A stretch of DNA of 64,000 bases from contig NW_021833062.1 in NCBI RefSeq assembly GCF_006345805.1, positions 1 through 64,000 of the forward strand, given 5' to 3'. The notes beneath the pieces are model-generated. The model did no database searches. It saw only the letters and a program-made list of their open reading frames with translations, and was not told the DNA's origin. The stretch is from Octopus sinensis (Eukaryota). Positions 12,140-25,690 of the stretch are shown one piece after another (position 1 is the stretch's first letter; each line of letters begins with the position of its first letter). A program made the position numbers and the translations under genes.

Positions 12140-14959
12140 GCTTATATGTGTGGGGGTTGTATGTATATATCTATATATTTGTATATAAGTATATGTACGT
12201 GTATGTATATGTAAATATAATCGTATATATCTGTTTGTTTATGTGTGTGTGAAATTTACTGAAAAACAAATGATAAAGACAAGTGTATAGACAGCAGAAA
12301 GGTATATTCGTTTTAACTTCGGCAAAGCGAGGAAATCTTTTACGTTTTTATCATACGTTCTTCGAGATAGTAGTTAATCAGATACATCCTCATAGACATA
12401 CGTCTATAAAATTATCTGCAAAAATTTCATGAAGCATTTACCATGATTAGAGAAAATACAATCTCATACTAATGAAAAACCTTTCAAAATCTATTAACCG
12501 ATTGTTAATAACTCCCTATGGGATACTTCATATATATTATTTTATATCCAGTGAGTATTTGGGGGTTAAGTGTTTTCATTTGTCGAATTTTTAAAGCACA
12601 GATATATTAGGGCTAAAACATACTACGGATATTGTATAAGTATTCCCTGAATGCTCTGCTTGACATAGCGGATGTCTACTCGTACCCAACAAACGTATCA
12701 ATGACAAGCTCCAAACTCGTGTTTAAAACCTTGCCCGAAAATTTATTATCTGCATTCAGCTGAGTTATAGGCCAAACATTTTCAATTCTGTACCACTTGT
12801 ACGGGTTTTTCCATAACAACACCACCACTAATCGGCTCACAGCACTGTGAATTCCCCCCCTTTGCTGACAGTTGTAGTAGACATCGGCCAACAGACTACA
12901 AAGTCTCGCCTATCAGAATAAAGTTCAAATAGTTGACCATTCTGCTTCAGAGACATCTTTCTTATGTAGCTGGTCCTCGCAAACCGTAAATCGTCGACTG
13001 TTGTCGGCATTTAGCAGAACTCCGTATCCATAGCTGTTAGGAGTTGTATGCCAGTAACATAGGAGGTGAAATCCACCACCGTCCAAGAACCACAGAATGC
13101 CCCGTACCATTAAACTAATTGCCACTGTAATTCCGCACAATTCTACTTCGTCCCGATTATTATGAGCTCGTGACAGGTTTTTCAAATCCTGACCTGACGT
13201 TTTGTTTCCACCTAGAACCGCTGCTATCAAACGGAATTTGGTCTATCCCGTTTAAGCATTCGCGCACTAGCTTTGACACCGTAACCTTCGTGATAGTTAT
13301 TGAAGAATAGGTCAAGAGCCGATCTCACCGTTAGTATGTTAAACGGTATGCTTTTCCTAAGGGCCACTTCCGGAATCCTAACTAGGTCTACCTCTATCCT
13401 ACATTTCTCTTATTCTATTTCCTTACTAATAACTACCGCCTGTACTGTAATAGACTTCCTCGTGGCTATCTACCAACGAGAGAACCCGTAGACTCACGAT
13501 GGAATGCTTTGCTAATAGGGTCTCTGAAAACTTGGTACACCGGAAGAGAAGCATTCAGCTTCCTGTATCCAGGAGCATGTCTATTTATCCAAATATATAT
13601 AACGATCGTATATTTAAAAAATTTCGAACCTTGTAGACGATGATTTTGAAAATGGAACACTTATACTACTTCTATTTATAGGCCAACGAAATAGTCTGTC
13701 TAGATAAGATCTGTATAATAAGATGCAGTTTATTCATATCCAAATCGGCGCATTCAGGTAATCCAGTCGGTACCTGGAAGCAAACTAGAAGTGACCCAGC
13801 AAGATTGTGAGAATTTTATTCCCACCTCTTCTACCGTATTTACAGTGAATCTTAATAAAAGAAATTGCAAGTGACATAGATTATTTTGGTAGGGGAAATG
13901 AAACACCCACACGTAATTTTAGCAAGCGAAGTACATTATTTGACTGAATTCTCTCAGTGATTAACTAGCTCAGAAATGTCGCTGGCACTTCAAAAGTTTT
14001 ACTTAAAAATTACCAGCAGGTTTCGGAATTTAATCTTGTTCCAAACATATATTTCAGTCGCCTCATGTAGATTTTAGACGGAATAAAAATATAAGAGAAG
14101 TATTAACCTCTATTTCTGACTACGCGAAAACTAACATTGGAGTGTCTGTATGCTGTACACTAAAAAATTGACACAAGAGAAGACAGCCCTGCTCATTGTG
14201 GAGCAATATGTGATTAGTCGATTCCGTCAGGAAACATAGCAGAATGTTACGATTTGAATGGTGCGTGGAACCTGTAAAATATCACATTTGGAGTACTCAG
14301 AAGAATGCATAATACAAAACTTGAGTCCTATTGTTTAAGCAATAGAACAATTAAACTAAACATTTAATTGGAAACATATGAGAGGCCAAATACAATAACA
14401 GTAGTACAATATTTTGGATCAAACGGGGGTAAATTTGAAGGAGAATTGTAAGTGCATATTCTCAGAAAATATTCTTAATCTGTTATACATTCAGTCCTCA
14501 AAATGCAGGAAGAGAAATAAATTTGTGAGATATTAACACGACGCCCTGGAGACATGAATAAAATGACAGTAGAATTTCCTCATATTTAAAAAACAAAACA
14601 AATTATTTGTTTGCGTAATCTTTCTCTTCGTGTTGTTATTTCTTTTCGTGTTTGTCTCTTTCGGTGTTTTTCTTTTTGCTTTTTTAAAACTTTAAACTTT
14701 GAAGACTGATTATTTCATTGTATCAACGTGGAAACGCTGGTTGCTTCGTTCAAATTTTGGATACGAATTCCTATAATTTTGAATTTCTATTTGTCACTTT
14801 TCATTTGGAACTCGACAAGGATTGTCTAATTGTCGAAGTATTGTTCAACCAATAAAACCTCTGATACAGTCGCATCGTGACCATCGTATTGTCTACATAC
14901 GTTTGTATGATTAGTTATGACAAATCTTTTAAAATATATTCATGACATTGATGGCGATG

Positions 14960-15090
14960 GAAATAATTATATTAATAAAAATAATAATAATAATATAATA
15001 ATAATAATAATAATTATAATACTAATACTAATAATAATCAATAATAATAATAACAATAAAAATGATAATAATAATTATAATAATAATAAC

Positions 15091-15131
<41 letters not shown>

Positions 15132-15202
15132 TATTAATAATAACAATAAAAATAATAATAATAATAATAATAAAAAATAATAATAATAATAATAATAATA
15201 AC

Positions 15203-15242
<40 letters not shown>

Positions 15243-15388
15243 TGAAGAAGAAAAAGAAGAAGAAGAGGAAGAGGAAGAAGAGAAGAGGAAGAAGAATGAG
15301 TGGAAGTAGAAGAAGAAGAAGAAGAGAAGAAGAAGAAGAAGAAGGAGGAGAATAAGAGAAGAAGAAGAAGAAGAAGAAGAAGAAGAAG

Positions 15389-15420
<32 letters not shown>

Positions 15421-15435
15421 GAAGAAAAGGGAGAA
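14960..15435 (+). repeat. Compound (AAT)n-(GAA)n microsatellite
   Basis: Direct reading. The GAA part is about 15240-15435. Confidence 0.95.
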
Positions 15436-15439
15436 GAAG

Positions 15440-16750
15440 AACAAAAATACGAAAACTGTTGACAATGCATAGAATGCACCACCCTAAGGCAGATACAGAA
15501 CGACTTTATCCGCCAAGAAAACAGGGAGGCCGTTGAATTTTACAACTGGCAATAACAATGAAGATTGCTACAATTGGGCTAGACACCTATCTGATAAAGT
15601 CTGAGGACTGGATGTTAAAACTTGTCTCAAGACATGAAAACAAGAAAGCATCATACTTAGTAACAAAACAGGCAAATGAATATCTAAGTGAATTCCGAAT
15701 ACAACAAATTCTGAAATTAGAGATTGACATACATGAAACAAGCACAGAAAAAGCTAAGCGCATGAAAACCCGTGCTAAATCTGCGGCCTTAGTTTTTTCT
15801 GAATGATAAATGGCAAGAAAATCCTCTCTATGGCAAATACCCAAAGTGAGCGAATAATACACATGTTGATAAAGCCTTGACCCAGCAGTGGCTAATGGCC
15901 TCTGGCTTAAAATCCGAAACAGATTTGTTTATCATAGCAGCTCAAGATCAATGCCTACCAACAAGAAACTACCAGGCCAACATATTAAAAATCGGCAGTA
16001 GCCCAAAGTGTCGTGTATGCCAGCAACAAAATGAAACCATTAAACATGTGGTCTGCATGTGCATTCTTCTAGTGTCTTCAGAGTATCTCAACAGGCATGA
16101 TAGAGCTGCACAAAATATTCACTGGGTAATCTGCAAAAACCTGGATTTGCCCCATGATAAAAACTGGTGGGGACACAAATCACCCCCAGTGCTTGAAAAT
16201 GACCACATCTCACTCCTTTTGAACTTCACCATTCAAACTGACAGAAAGATAGATGCAAAGAGGCCAGACATCATATTGAAAGACATCAAACAAAGAACAT
16301 GCCTCCTCATCGATATGACTGTCCCAATCGATATAAACGTATCTGTCAAGACCTACCAAAAACTGAGCAAATATGAAGATCTTGAAATAGAAATAAGAAA
16401 AATATGGAACCTAAAGACTAGAACAACACCTGTTGTCATAGGTGCCCTGGGAATGATAGCAAAAGGGGCTGATTGCTACCTAACTCAGATACCAGGAAAC
16501 CCCAAAATGGCAGAAATTCAAAAGATAGTGCTCATGGGAACTGCTCATATCCTAACCAAAATACATTCTATGTAATCTCAAGGTTTAAAACAAACATTTT
16601 TTTGTATACATGCACTAGTACAACACGAAAAACAACCAAATATGTGGCACACTAGGCATCACAACAACTTGAATTTGCAACCTGTTGTCTCTTGAGGTCT
16701 CTGGGTGAGACTTGGAGCCAACTTGTACAAATACAAAGCGAAAGCCAAAC
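15440..16750 (+). mobile_element. RLE retrotransposon, family B
   Basis: KIRKLLTMHRMHHPKADTERLY; 232-aa ORF with AAQDQCLPTRNY, CRVCQQQNETIKHVVCMC, RPDIILKD, LEIEIRKIW. Family-B 3'UTR then (AAT)n. Confidence 0.9.
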
Positions 16751-16812
<62 letters not shown>

Positions 16813-16877
16813 GTAATAATAATAATAAAAATAATAATAACAACAATAATAATAATAATATTAATAATAATAATTTA

Positions 16878-17528
16878 GACATGACAGAGTTGGCCAATAT
16901 CTCCACTGGCTAATAAGTCGGCATTACAATATCAAAACTGCCGACAAGTGGTATAATCAGCACCCTGAGGCTGTAACTGAAGGAGAAAATGTAACCATTC
17001 TGTGGGACTTTCCAGTACATACAGACCGAACCATCAAGGCCAATAAACAAGATATTGTTGTGAAAGACCAAAACAATAAAGTTTGCTTATTGATCTACAT
17101 GAGTATCCCCTGTGATCATAATATCTCAGCGAAAGAGTTTGACAAGCTCAGAAAATATAAAGACCTACTCATTGAAATTGAGAAAATGTGGCATCTCAAG
17201 GCGGTTACAATACCAGTGATCGTAGGAGCACTAGGAATGATCAAGAAGGGAACCGAAAATTATATGAGAATGATCCCTGGCTTACCATCCCTGCAAGAAG
17301 TGCAAAAGATTGTCTTAACTAGTACATTACACGTATTGAGAAGAGCATTGTCGATGTGGGAACTGTTGCTGCTCATGTATTTCAATTTAACTTTAAAAAA
17401 TTTAAAAAAAGGAACGAAATACTGAGTTTGGTTTAATGGCCTACCAATGTATACTATGAGTTTCTTTGCCCTAGCAGTCGGGAAGACACTCGGCAAGAAA
17501 TGGAAGCAAATTTGAAAGAAGAAAAAAA
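16878..17528 (+). mobile_element. RLE retrotransposon, family A, short 3' fragment
   Basis: RHDRVGQYLHW...CLLIYMSIPCDHNISAKEFDKLRKYKDLLIEIEKMW. Family-A 3'UTR. Confidence 0.9.
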
Positions 17529-17554
17529 GCAATAATAATAATAATAATAATAAT

Positions 17555-18780
17555 AAGGTGGAATATTTGCGCAGATTGAGTTTGATTCTCAAGTCGAAAT
17601 GTATTGGATGGAATAAGACAGACGCTATCAATACTTGAGCGGTTTCACTCCTTATATATAGAGTAGACATAAACGCATGGAAACAAGAGGAAATAAACAG
17701 CCGAGAGAGGAAAGAAATTTGCTATCTTGATATGGGTCTCTCCACCCAAAATGTGATACACACAGACTGTATTTACCAAGTAAAATTGAGGAAGAGTACT
17801 TAATGGGAGCGAGTGCAGCATAAAACTCTCAAAGGATGAATGGCAATGTCGAACCTTGCAGAATTTGAAGCTATGTAAAAACAATGCTACAGCGCAGCTA
17901 TTATTAGAAGGAAGAAGATCAGGCTTGTACAGGATGAATGATTGCAAGATAAAACATTCTTCAAGAAATTGAAAACGAATGAAACTGAAAATATTTCGGT
18001 AAGAAAAGGATGCATGAACAATTTCATAGAGATGTTGAAGATACGATAGACAGAGAAAAAAGATGGCTTAGTATGGCTTAGTATGGCTATATGTGATTTA
18101 AAATCGGAAACAGTGGCTCTAATTTACGCTGTGTTCGCACTAATATGTGCTGCCGAAGAGCAAGCATCAAGAACAAACTACTTAAAATACAGAATGTACA
18201 TCACTACAGAAAGGTATAAGAGCAGAATCTGTAGACAAAACTGGTAAACCGTACGGCATATGATCAGCCAATATACGCCACTAGCCGAGAAGAAATATAA
18301 GAGACGCCACGAAAATGTAGCCAATCCTGTCAATTTGATATTTTGCAACAAGTATGGACATGACAAAGCGAAAGCTTGATTCGACCACAAACCTAAAGGC
18401 AACGTCGAAAATATAGATGCAAAAATCGTATGGGATTTTATGATTCAATGTGACCATGAGATATAAAATATTAAGACGTAAATAGTCTTAATTGAGAAGG
18501 GAAACAATCTATGCTTATTAATACATATAGCATGCCCAGCTGATACCAACGTATTCGATAAGGAAGACATAAATGTCGAGAGATATGATAGGTTGGCTTG
18601 AGAAGTGAAGCAGTTGTGGTCGAGGTAGCAGTCGTATCAATAATTGTTGGTGTCCTAGGAAGAGTGAGCAAAAATCGCGAAAATACTCCGGAAGGTGCCC
18701 GAAAAATAAGAGGTGTCACATTAGTCCACTTGTAGCGAACAGCTGACACTGTAATACATTTCCAATGTTTGAAGTTATGC
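17555..18780 (+). mobile_element. RLE retrotransposon, family E (divergent), degenerate
   Basis: Homologous to 62815-64000. YKRRHENVA, KIVWDFMIQCDHEI, CLLIHIACP, SIIVGVLG are RLE C-terminal motifs. Confidence 0.75.
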
Positions 18781-18784
18781 AAAG

Positions 18785-18980
18785 TCTACTGCTACTAAAC
18801 CTACTACAACGACTAACGCTACTACTACTATTACTACTACTACAACAACTACTACTACAACTACTACTACTGCTGCTGCTGCTGCTACTACTACTACTAC
18901 TACTTCTAATATTACTATTACTTCTACTACTATTAATACTGATACTAATACTACTATCATTACTACTAATAATAATAAAT
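18785..18980 (+). repeat. (CTA)n/(TAC)n microsatellite
   Basis: Direct reading. Directly follows family E. Confidence 0.9.
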
Positions 18981-19927
18981 TATGGATGACAGGATTGGCG
19001 GTGGAAAAAGGATAAGTAAGACCAGGTTTTAGAAAAGATAAGGAACATAAGAGATGCTGTCCAAACAAAAGAATATCTTAAGTGAAAATATGAACAGCAT
19101 TACCATTGAGGATGGAACAATTGTTATTCTGACATTTTTATGTCAGAATAATACACGATATTTTATGAGGAACACTCAGTCATTTAAATATATGTTAGAA
19201 ATTATGGAAATTACATATATTAGTTGACAACGTAGTAAAAAATTGCTCCTTTAATGAGTTACTGAACACCTGTTGTCCCGGGTTCTTATTTTCTTTTTGA
19301 AATATAAATGTTGCACTGATATATGATCATTAAACAAGAGCGTGGGGTTGAATGATTCCGTACAAAGTAAGTAGAAGTATTTTCAAAACGTTTCGTTTTT
19401 CCATCTCTGATTTTACTTTTGATCTTGTATGTAAAATAAGGTATTTCTCTCATTCTTCGAAGTGTCCCACCATCGAGGGTATCGATGTTAGATGTGTCAA
19501 AACGAGTGTCGTGCATAATAATTCAAATTCCCTTATGTTCCACCTTCAGTATTACAGTGTATGTATATATATATATATAAATATATATATATTTATATAT
19601 ATGTTTGTGTGTCTTTGTGTATGTGTGTGTGTGTTGTGTATATATATATATGTGTGTGAGTGTGTATATACAATATAGAGAGAGAAACTCTATCTCCAAT
19701 CTGATATCACATATTTTGTCCGTGCACACTTTCTAATGTATAAGGCTCCTCAGAGAGATGTACCACCTCATTGATAGGCATCATCATCAACATGTCTTTC
19801 CTTTGCTTGTTTAGACCATAATCATAATGTGAACCATCTGGAATATTTCAATTACGTAGCTTTGCATTACGTCATTAAAGTGAATGTTACCAATATAAAT
19901 ATGTTTGTATATATGTGAGTGTGCGTG

Positions 19928-19995
<68 letters not shown>

Positions 19996-20129
19996 AGGTT
20001 TATTGATAGAGAGATAGATTGATTGACATCTATATATGCTTATATATTAATAAATATACATTCAAATATGTATATATAAATATACGTTTACCAGTGTAAA
20101 TAACTATCGATCTATGTGCCTCTGTCTCT

Positions 20130-20650
20130 CACTCTCAATACATATATAAATATATATATATACACATACATAAGTATGTAGATATGTGTACACACAAATA
20201 CATATATAATATATGTATTCATGTACGTGTATATATATTTATTTATTTATATACATTTTATCTATATATACACATACACACACTATCACAGACACAAACA
20301 CACAATTTTATATAAATATATATATTTATACACAAATATATATACAATTATATATAAATGTATATACACAAAGCCTTCGACATAGTAACACTTACGTATA
20401 CAATTTCAACAGACACAACTCTCATTCCATAAACATACGTTTACATGTACATACACATGTACACACGCGCAGAAACGTCTACATGCTTTGATAGTAAAAA
20501 CATGTATACAGGCATACATACATACATACATGCATACATGCATAAATATATGTACACATACGTACATACATGCATGCATACATACATACTTACATACATA
20601 TTTATATATACATGCATACATACATATGTGTATACATACCTACATACATG
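20130..20650. repeat. (TA)/(CATA)n low-complexity tract
   Basis: Direct reading of the sequence. Confidence 0.9.
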
Positions 20651-21160
20651 ATGGCTGCCCATCGTTATCGAGTATGGCCAGTGCACGAAGCTTAACATTT
20701 ATTGGTACTGTGATTGAATGTGACTTTTTTTCCCAGCTAAAATGTCTTGTAAAGAATTGGAAACTAAAACATTTACCGGTAATAGCCGTCTGTACTTGTA
20801 ACTGGTCTACATCTACCTTTGCTTTTCGTTTAAGTCCTCCTGCCGAATTACACTCTCTTCGACATGCCCGACAGATATGATTAGTATGGTGCGTAACACC
20901 ACCACCTGTGGACTTGTTGTCAATCATCTGTCTCGCTTTATGACTACGAAGATGACTCTTGAGTCCAGCTTTTCTGAGGCAGGGTCTTCCTCAGACACTG
21001 CATGTCTGCATCATAGGAAAACCCTTCCCATCTGGAGGTGTAACAGCGATGCCCTTCCTGACATCCTTCCTTACTTTTGCATGTGCAACTCGAGTTTTCT
21101 CAAAAGTGACTATCTCCTTGTGCACAATCCTTTTACATACATATGCGTAAAAACATGTAT
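20650..21160 (-). mobile_element. LINE 3' fragment (RTE-like) with two zinc-finger-like motifs
   Basis: Minus strand TCSV*GRPCLRKAGLKSHLRSH and HICRACRRECNSAGGLKR resemble RTE C-terminal C2H2-like motifs. Confidence 0.5.
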
Positions 21161-21419
21161 ACACACGTACAAAAATTCTCACGTGCATCGGTAAATGCAC
21201 ACATACATGAGTAGCTGCATGCATTCATATATATGTACGTATGTAAGTACCTATATAAGCACATATATATCATGAACTAAGTTTTATTTTCTCAGATGCA
21301 GTACGAAGATTTTCAGTGTAAATGTTTTGCATTGAAAATGTCTTGACACAGAATTTCAGCTTTGAAGTGAAACGAACTTAGATCAAGTCACTTTCTATGC
21401 AAATACATCTCTCCATATT

Positions 21420-22455
21420 TATATATGACCTTGATCACTTTTACCGACCAGTCCGTCAGGCGTCCATTTGGCACCGCTGGTCGCAGCACGCTGCCCACTC
21501 CTCTCTAGATCACGCCTTTCTCATCCACCTGATCCTAATCATCCTCCTGAAATCGTAACTCCACCGCCGTGAAGGTCTTCCGTTTTGTTTTTACCGCTCG
21601 CGCGGGTACCCTTCGACAACTGTGAGGGCCCACCGATTATCGGTGAGCCGGGCGACGTGTCCAGCAAATCTATAATTGCTGCGTGTATACTCTGCGATGA
21701 CATCTCTCACGGCGGACGTCTTTCTGATGATCTCGCTACTGATGTGCTCTCTCAACGAGATACCAAGCATAGACCTTTCCATGGCTCTTTGATCGGTTAC
21801 CAGTCACTGCTCTTCTCTCTTTGTTGTAGCCCATGATTCACAGCCATATAACATTGCAGGTAGAACTGTACTGTTGATGATGTTGGTGCGGGTGATCCTG
21901 TCCAGCCTTCCCTTGAACACATCCCTTATGCCAATAAACGCCATCCTTCCTGACCTTACTCTCCGTGAGATCTCCTTTTTGATATCTCAGCACATATTCA
22001 CTTCTTGTCCCAGGTAGACATATTATTTTACATCCTCTATTTCATCACTACCGATCACCATTCGACATGTTTGTACGTATTCTGACCGCATGAACTTTGT
22101 TTGCATGCGGTTCATCTTGAGACCTACTGCAGAGCTTTTGATGTCGAGCTCCGTCAGCATGGTCTGAAGCTGATCCGTGTTTTCAGCGATGAGTACGATG
22201 TCGTCAGCGAAACGAGATGGGTGAGGAGCTCGCCATTGATGTTGACACCGCCTTGCCAGTCTATGCCTCTGATGATCTTTTCGAGACATGCAGTGAAAAG
22301 TTTTGGGGAGATTGTATCTCCTTGCTTCACTCCTTTCTCCACCGGCAATCGTACGGTTGAAGACAGTAGAGCTTTGTCGGTGGTGCATCCAGGATTCGCT
22401 TCCATGAGCAGCTGCACATATTGCTCTCCGACTCCTTGCCTCCGCAATGCAGAGG
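21420..22455 (-). mobile_element. RTE-clade LINE, 5'-truncated, frameshifted
   Basis: KGVKQGDTISPKLFTACLE, RFADDIVLIAE, GLKMNRMQTKFM, RFAGHVARLTDNRW, RPPRRWSYD. Confidence 0.85.
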
Positions 22456-22463
22456 CATATATA

Positions 22464-22650
22464 TAGGGAGAGTTTACGAAAAAAAACCAAAAGACGAAGA
22501 CAGGTGGTGTACAAAAAAAATCATATATATTAGTATAACGCTCAGGAATAGAAAAAAGTATTTAACGTTTCGAGCCTACGCTCTTCTACAGAAAGGGACA
22601 CAGAAAAAACAAGGAGAGAAAATATTGTGAGTTGTGGCTAACAATCAATC
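22464..22650 (-). mobile_element. Short TA-abutting repeat with variant hammerhead motif
   Basis: Homologous to 8993-9190. CTGTAGA-A-GAGCgtagGCTC-GAAACGTT at 22561-22596. Confidence 0.6.
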
Positions 22651-22949
22651 ATATATATTGTCGTCGACATGGTGAAGCGTTATGAGCGTTGCCTTTCTAC
22701 GATCTGCACCATACACTAGCTGAAACAATCAATAAATTCTATAACGCCAGCCAAAGTCGTTAAAACATTTTATATACAGAGGACATCAATTCATGTAAAT
22801 ATGCAACAGCTATTTATGGTGCGGTTGACGGAGAAGAAGCTCTTAGGAGATACCCTGAAGGTGTCTCTAATCTTCGAGAATACACGAGCAGCATAAGCTA
22901 ATTTGCTCCAGCAGAATCCAGGCATTTGTACGGTCGCGACATCATGCGA

Positions 22950-23375
22950 GTCGTTTAAAGCTAGTCGGGGATGGTTTTAGAATATTAAAAAGCCAACCGT
23001 CATTCACATCCTGGTCATGCATGGTGAGGTAGCAAGAGTGGATATGAAGGTAGCTGAGCGTTACCTGAAAACTTCTGCCAGAATTAATGCAGCCGACTGA
23101 TACATCCGCCAGCAAGTCTTTAACTGTGACGAGACAGGAAATTTTGTAAGAAGATTCGCAGGAGGACTTGTTCAGGAGCAAAGGAGAAGAGGGTGCCAGT
23201 GCACAAACCCATGAGGCGTAAGCTAACCCAAGCAGTATGAACCAATACGGGCGGTGGTGACAAGATTAAACCACAGCTCGTTTATCGTAGAGAATAAAAC
23301 CAAAGCGCATTTAAATCCCATCAGATTCTGAGTCATGTGAAGGGAAATCCCAAGGGGGGGAGTCATCAGGCTGTT
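22950..23375 (+). mobile_element. pogo/Tigger DNA transposon fragment
   Basis: FKASRGWF...HGEVARVD...QQVFNCDETG, a Tigger-type transposase signature, decayed. Confidence 0.8.
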
Positions 23376-25225
23376 CTTTGTGGAATGAGTGAATTTGGTT
23401 TTTCTTTATGTCTATCACTCTAAACTCCTGTATATTTTCTATTTTTCCACTTCATTCTTTGCTCTCATCTGTTTATTTTTCTCCAACACCTTCTATATTT
23501 TGTTCATTCTCCCTTCTCTGCACATTTATTCTATTTTCTTTGGGAAATTCTCCCGGATGTCACCCATTACAATTCTTCTTGGCCTAACGTCAGTTAATGA
23601 TTGCATTCATAATTATTGATAATATGTGTGTTTAATACGCTATATTACCACGTAACGAAAGAAATATATACGTAACTAAAGTGACGAATGTGTAATGCTA
23701 GAAATAGGAATCAAAACAAGTAAATAGCTTCAGGGGCAGAATCTTAACAAACTGACATGTGAGTGATGTTCTCGCCACCTTTGTCGTTATACCCAAAATA
23801 TCGACAGTTTCCCATTTCTATTCTCAATGCAAATTAACGCGAATCGGTGGCTCTTATCGCACCAAAGTTTAAAACCATCTCAACTTGTTAATTCATAAGA
23901 TTTTCGCTGAAACAATACGATGATCCCATACACGGTAAATGTGAAAATTTTAAAGAACATTAGGGGCTAATGAATAATTTTGCAACATAATATCAGAAAT
24001 ATATGCATGGTTTTAGTGAACGATGGGCATTTCCTGCACGAGTATCGTTATAAATATAGGTGATCTCTACTCAATAGTCGCTACAGCACAAACCTAATGC
24101 GTTGACAAAGGATTCAATCTCCTCTCATGTCCGCAGGTATAGCTAGATTATCGATTGTTTCGCAATGTGATGCTTCAAGGACCTTAACGCTCCTCAGTTG
24201 TTCTCAGCGATACAAGGTTTAAAAGCATCCGTCTTGTGAGCTTACAAGCTTTCAGGTGAATTCATGCTCTGATTTCATAAACGTTGGAAGTTAGACGTAT
24301 GAATAATATTGTAGGCAAATTCAGAAATTTACTACCTTTGCCCTGCAATATATGCGACACTAAACTGAACGAAGTGTACTTATGAGAACAAGCCTAGCTA
24401 GAAATAAGTGTCAAATTAAATGAATAGTCGCAGAATCAGTTTCTTATTGGGAAGACAAGGGAGTCAAGCCCCACCTTTAGTCGTAGATACAGATAATAGA
24501 TAGTTTAGCATCGTGATGCTTAACACATCATAAAGTACATTGCTGGATCACAATAAACCTTGGTTCCAAACTATCTCGCCTTGTCAGCCGTTAAGTTTTC
24601 CACTGGCATCATTCACTTATTTTATAAATGGCAAATATGGAAATTATAAATAATTTGGGAGGCTACATCGCAATTAGCAGAAATGTATACGCTACTAATG
24701 AGAACAAAATGCAATAATCACCACCAGTATTGCTAGAAATGATAGTAAAAACAATTGAATAGCCACAGTGTCATAATCTTATTAAAGATCACATATACGG
24801 CCAGAGATTCGACGATCTCGTATGTTGATGCATGACGCAGCTTACCGCTCATCGGTGATTTTGAAACCAACTGGGCTTTTCATCTTAAAAGATTTAACTT
24901 GAAAATATACGTGGATTTTATATAGGATAAAAATCAAAATTATAGATAAAATAGGTGGTTACTTAGTTGTTTCCTAGGTGAAGAAAGAAATAAGTACGTA
25001 TCCAAACATACCTTACGCTATCATATATACATAGAGTCATCCGTGCATTTAAATATTTTCGAAAGTTGAACTTTATACGTCTTGCACTTGAACTAATTTT
25101 AATGGATACTTACTTTTAATATTTTTACTTTTGGAATTTAAAGTACGTTGCATATATTACAATATACTAAAAGTTATATACTTTAGTTAGTGTACTAAAC
25201 AATGTAAGTATACTATCCATATAGT

Positions 25226-25392
25226 ATAGGCGCAGGAGTGGCAGTGTAGTAAGTAGCTTGCTTACCAACCACATGGTTGCGTTTCAGTCCCACAGCTTGG
25301 AAACTTGGGCAAGTATCTTCTACTATAGCCTCGGGCCGACAAAAGACTTGTGAGTGGATTTGGTAGACGGAAACTGAAAGTAGCCCGTCGTA

Positions 25393-25466
<74 letters not shown>

Positions 25467-25690
25467 GTGTATGTTTGTGTGTCTGTGGTTGTCCCACTAG
25501 CATTGCTTGACAACCGATGCTGGTGTGTTTATGTCCCCGTTACTTAGCGGTTCGGCAAAATAAACCAATAGAATAAATACTGGGATTACACAAAATAAGT
25601 CCCGGGGTCGATTTGCTCGACTTAAGACGGTGCTCCAGCATGGCCACAGTCAACTAACTGAAACAAGTAAAAGAGTAAAAGAGAGAGAAA
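25226..25690 (+). mobile_element. tRNA-derived SINE with internal (TA)(TG) microsatellite
   Basis: A-box-like GGAGTGGCAGTGTAG, B-box-like GTTTCAGTCCC, 3' tail ggtgctccagcatggccacag...ctgaaacaagtaaaagag. Confidence 0.8.

Noticed and set aside
14225-14250. Short minus-strand match (acatttctgctatgtt in the 58355-58375 paralog) to exon 2
   Set aside because: A 16-nt match is about what is expected by chance in an AT-rich 64-kb self-comparison, and the frame has stops on both sides.
19350-19520. Possible hammerhead with long stem II on the minus strand (TCGAAGA...CGAAACGTT)
   Set aside because: Core is non-canonical and no stem I could be formed.
23890-24150. Exon-like pieces giving FSLKQYDDPIH-VNDGHFLHEYRYKY (DPIHG-like HD motif)
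   Set aside because: The chain ends in an immediate stop and has no further motif support; likely chance splice-like signals.
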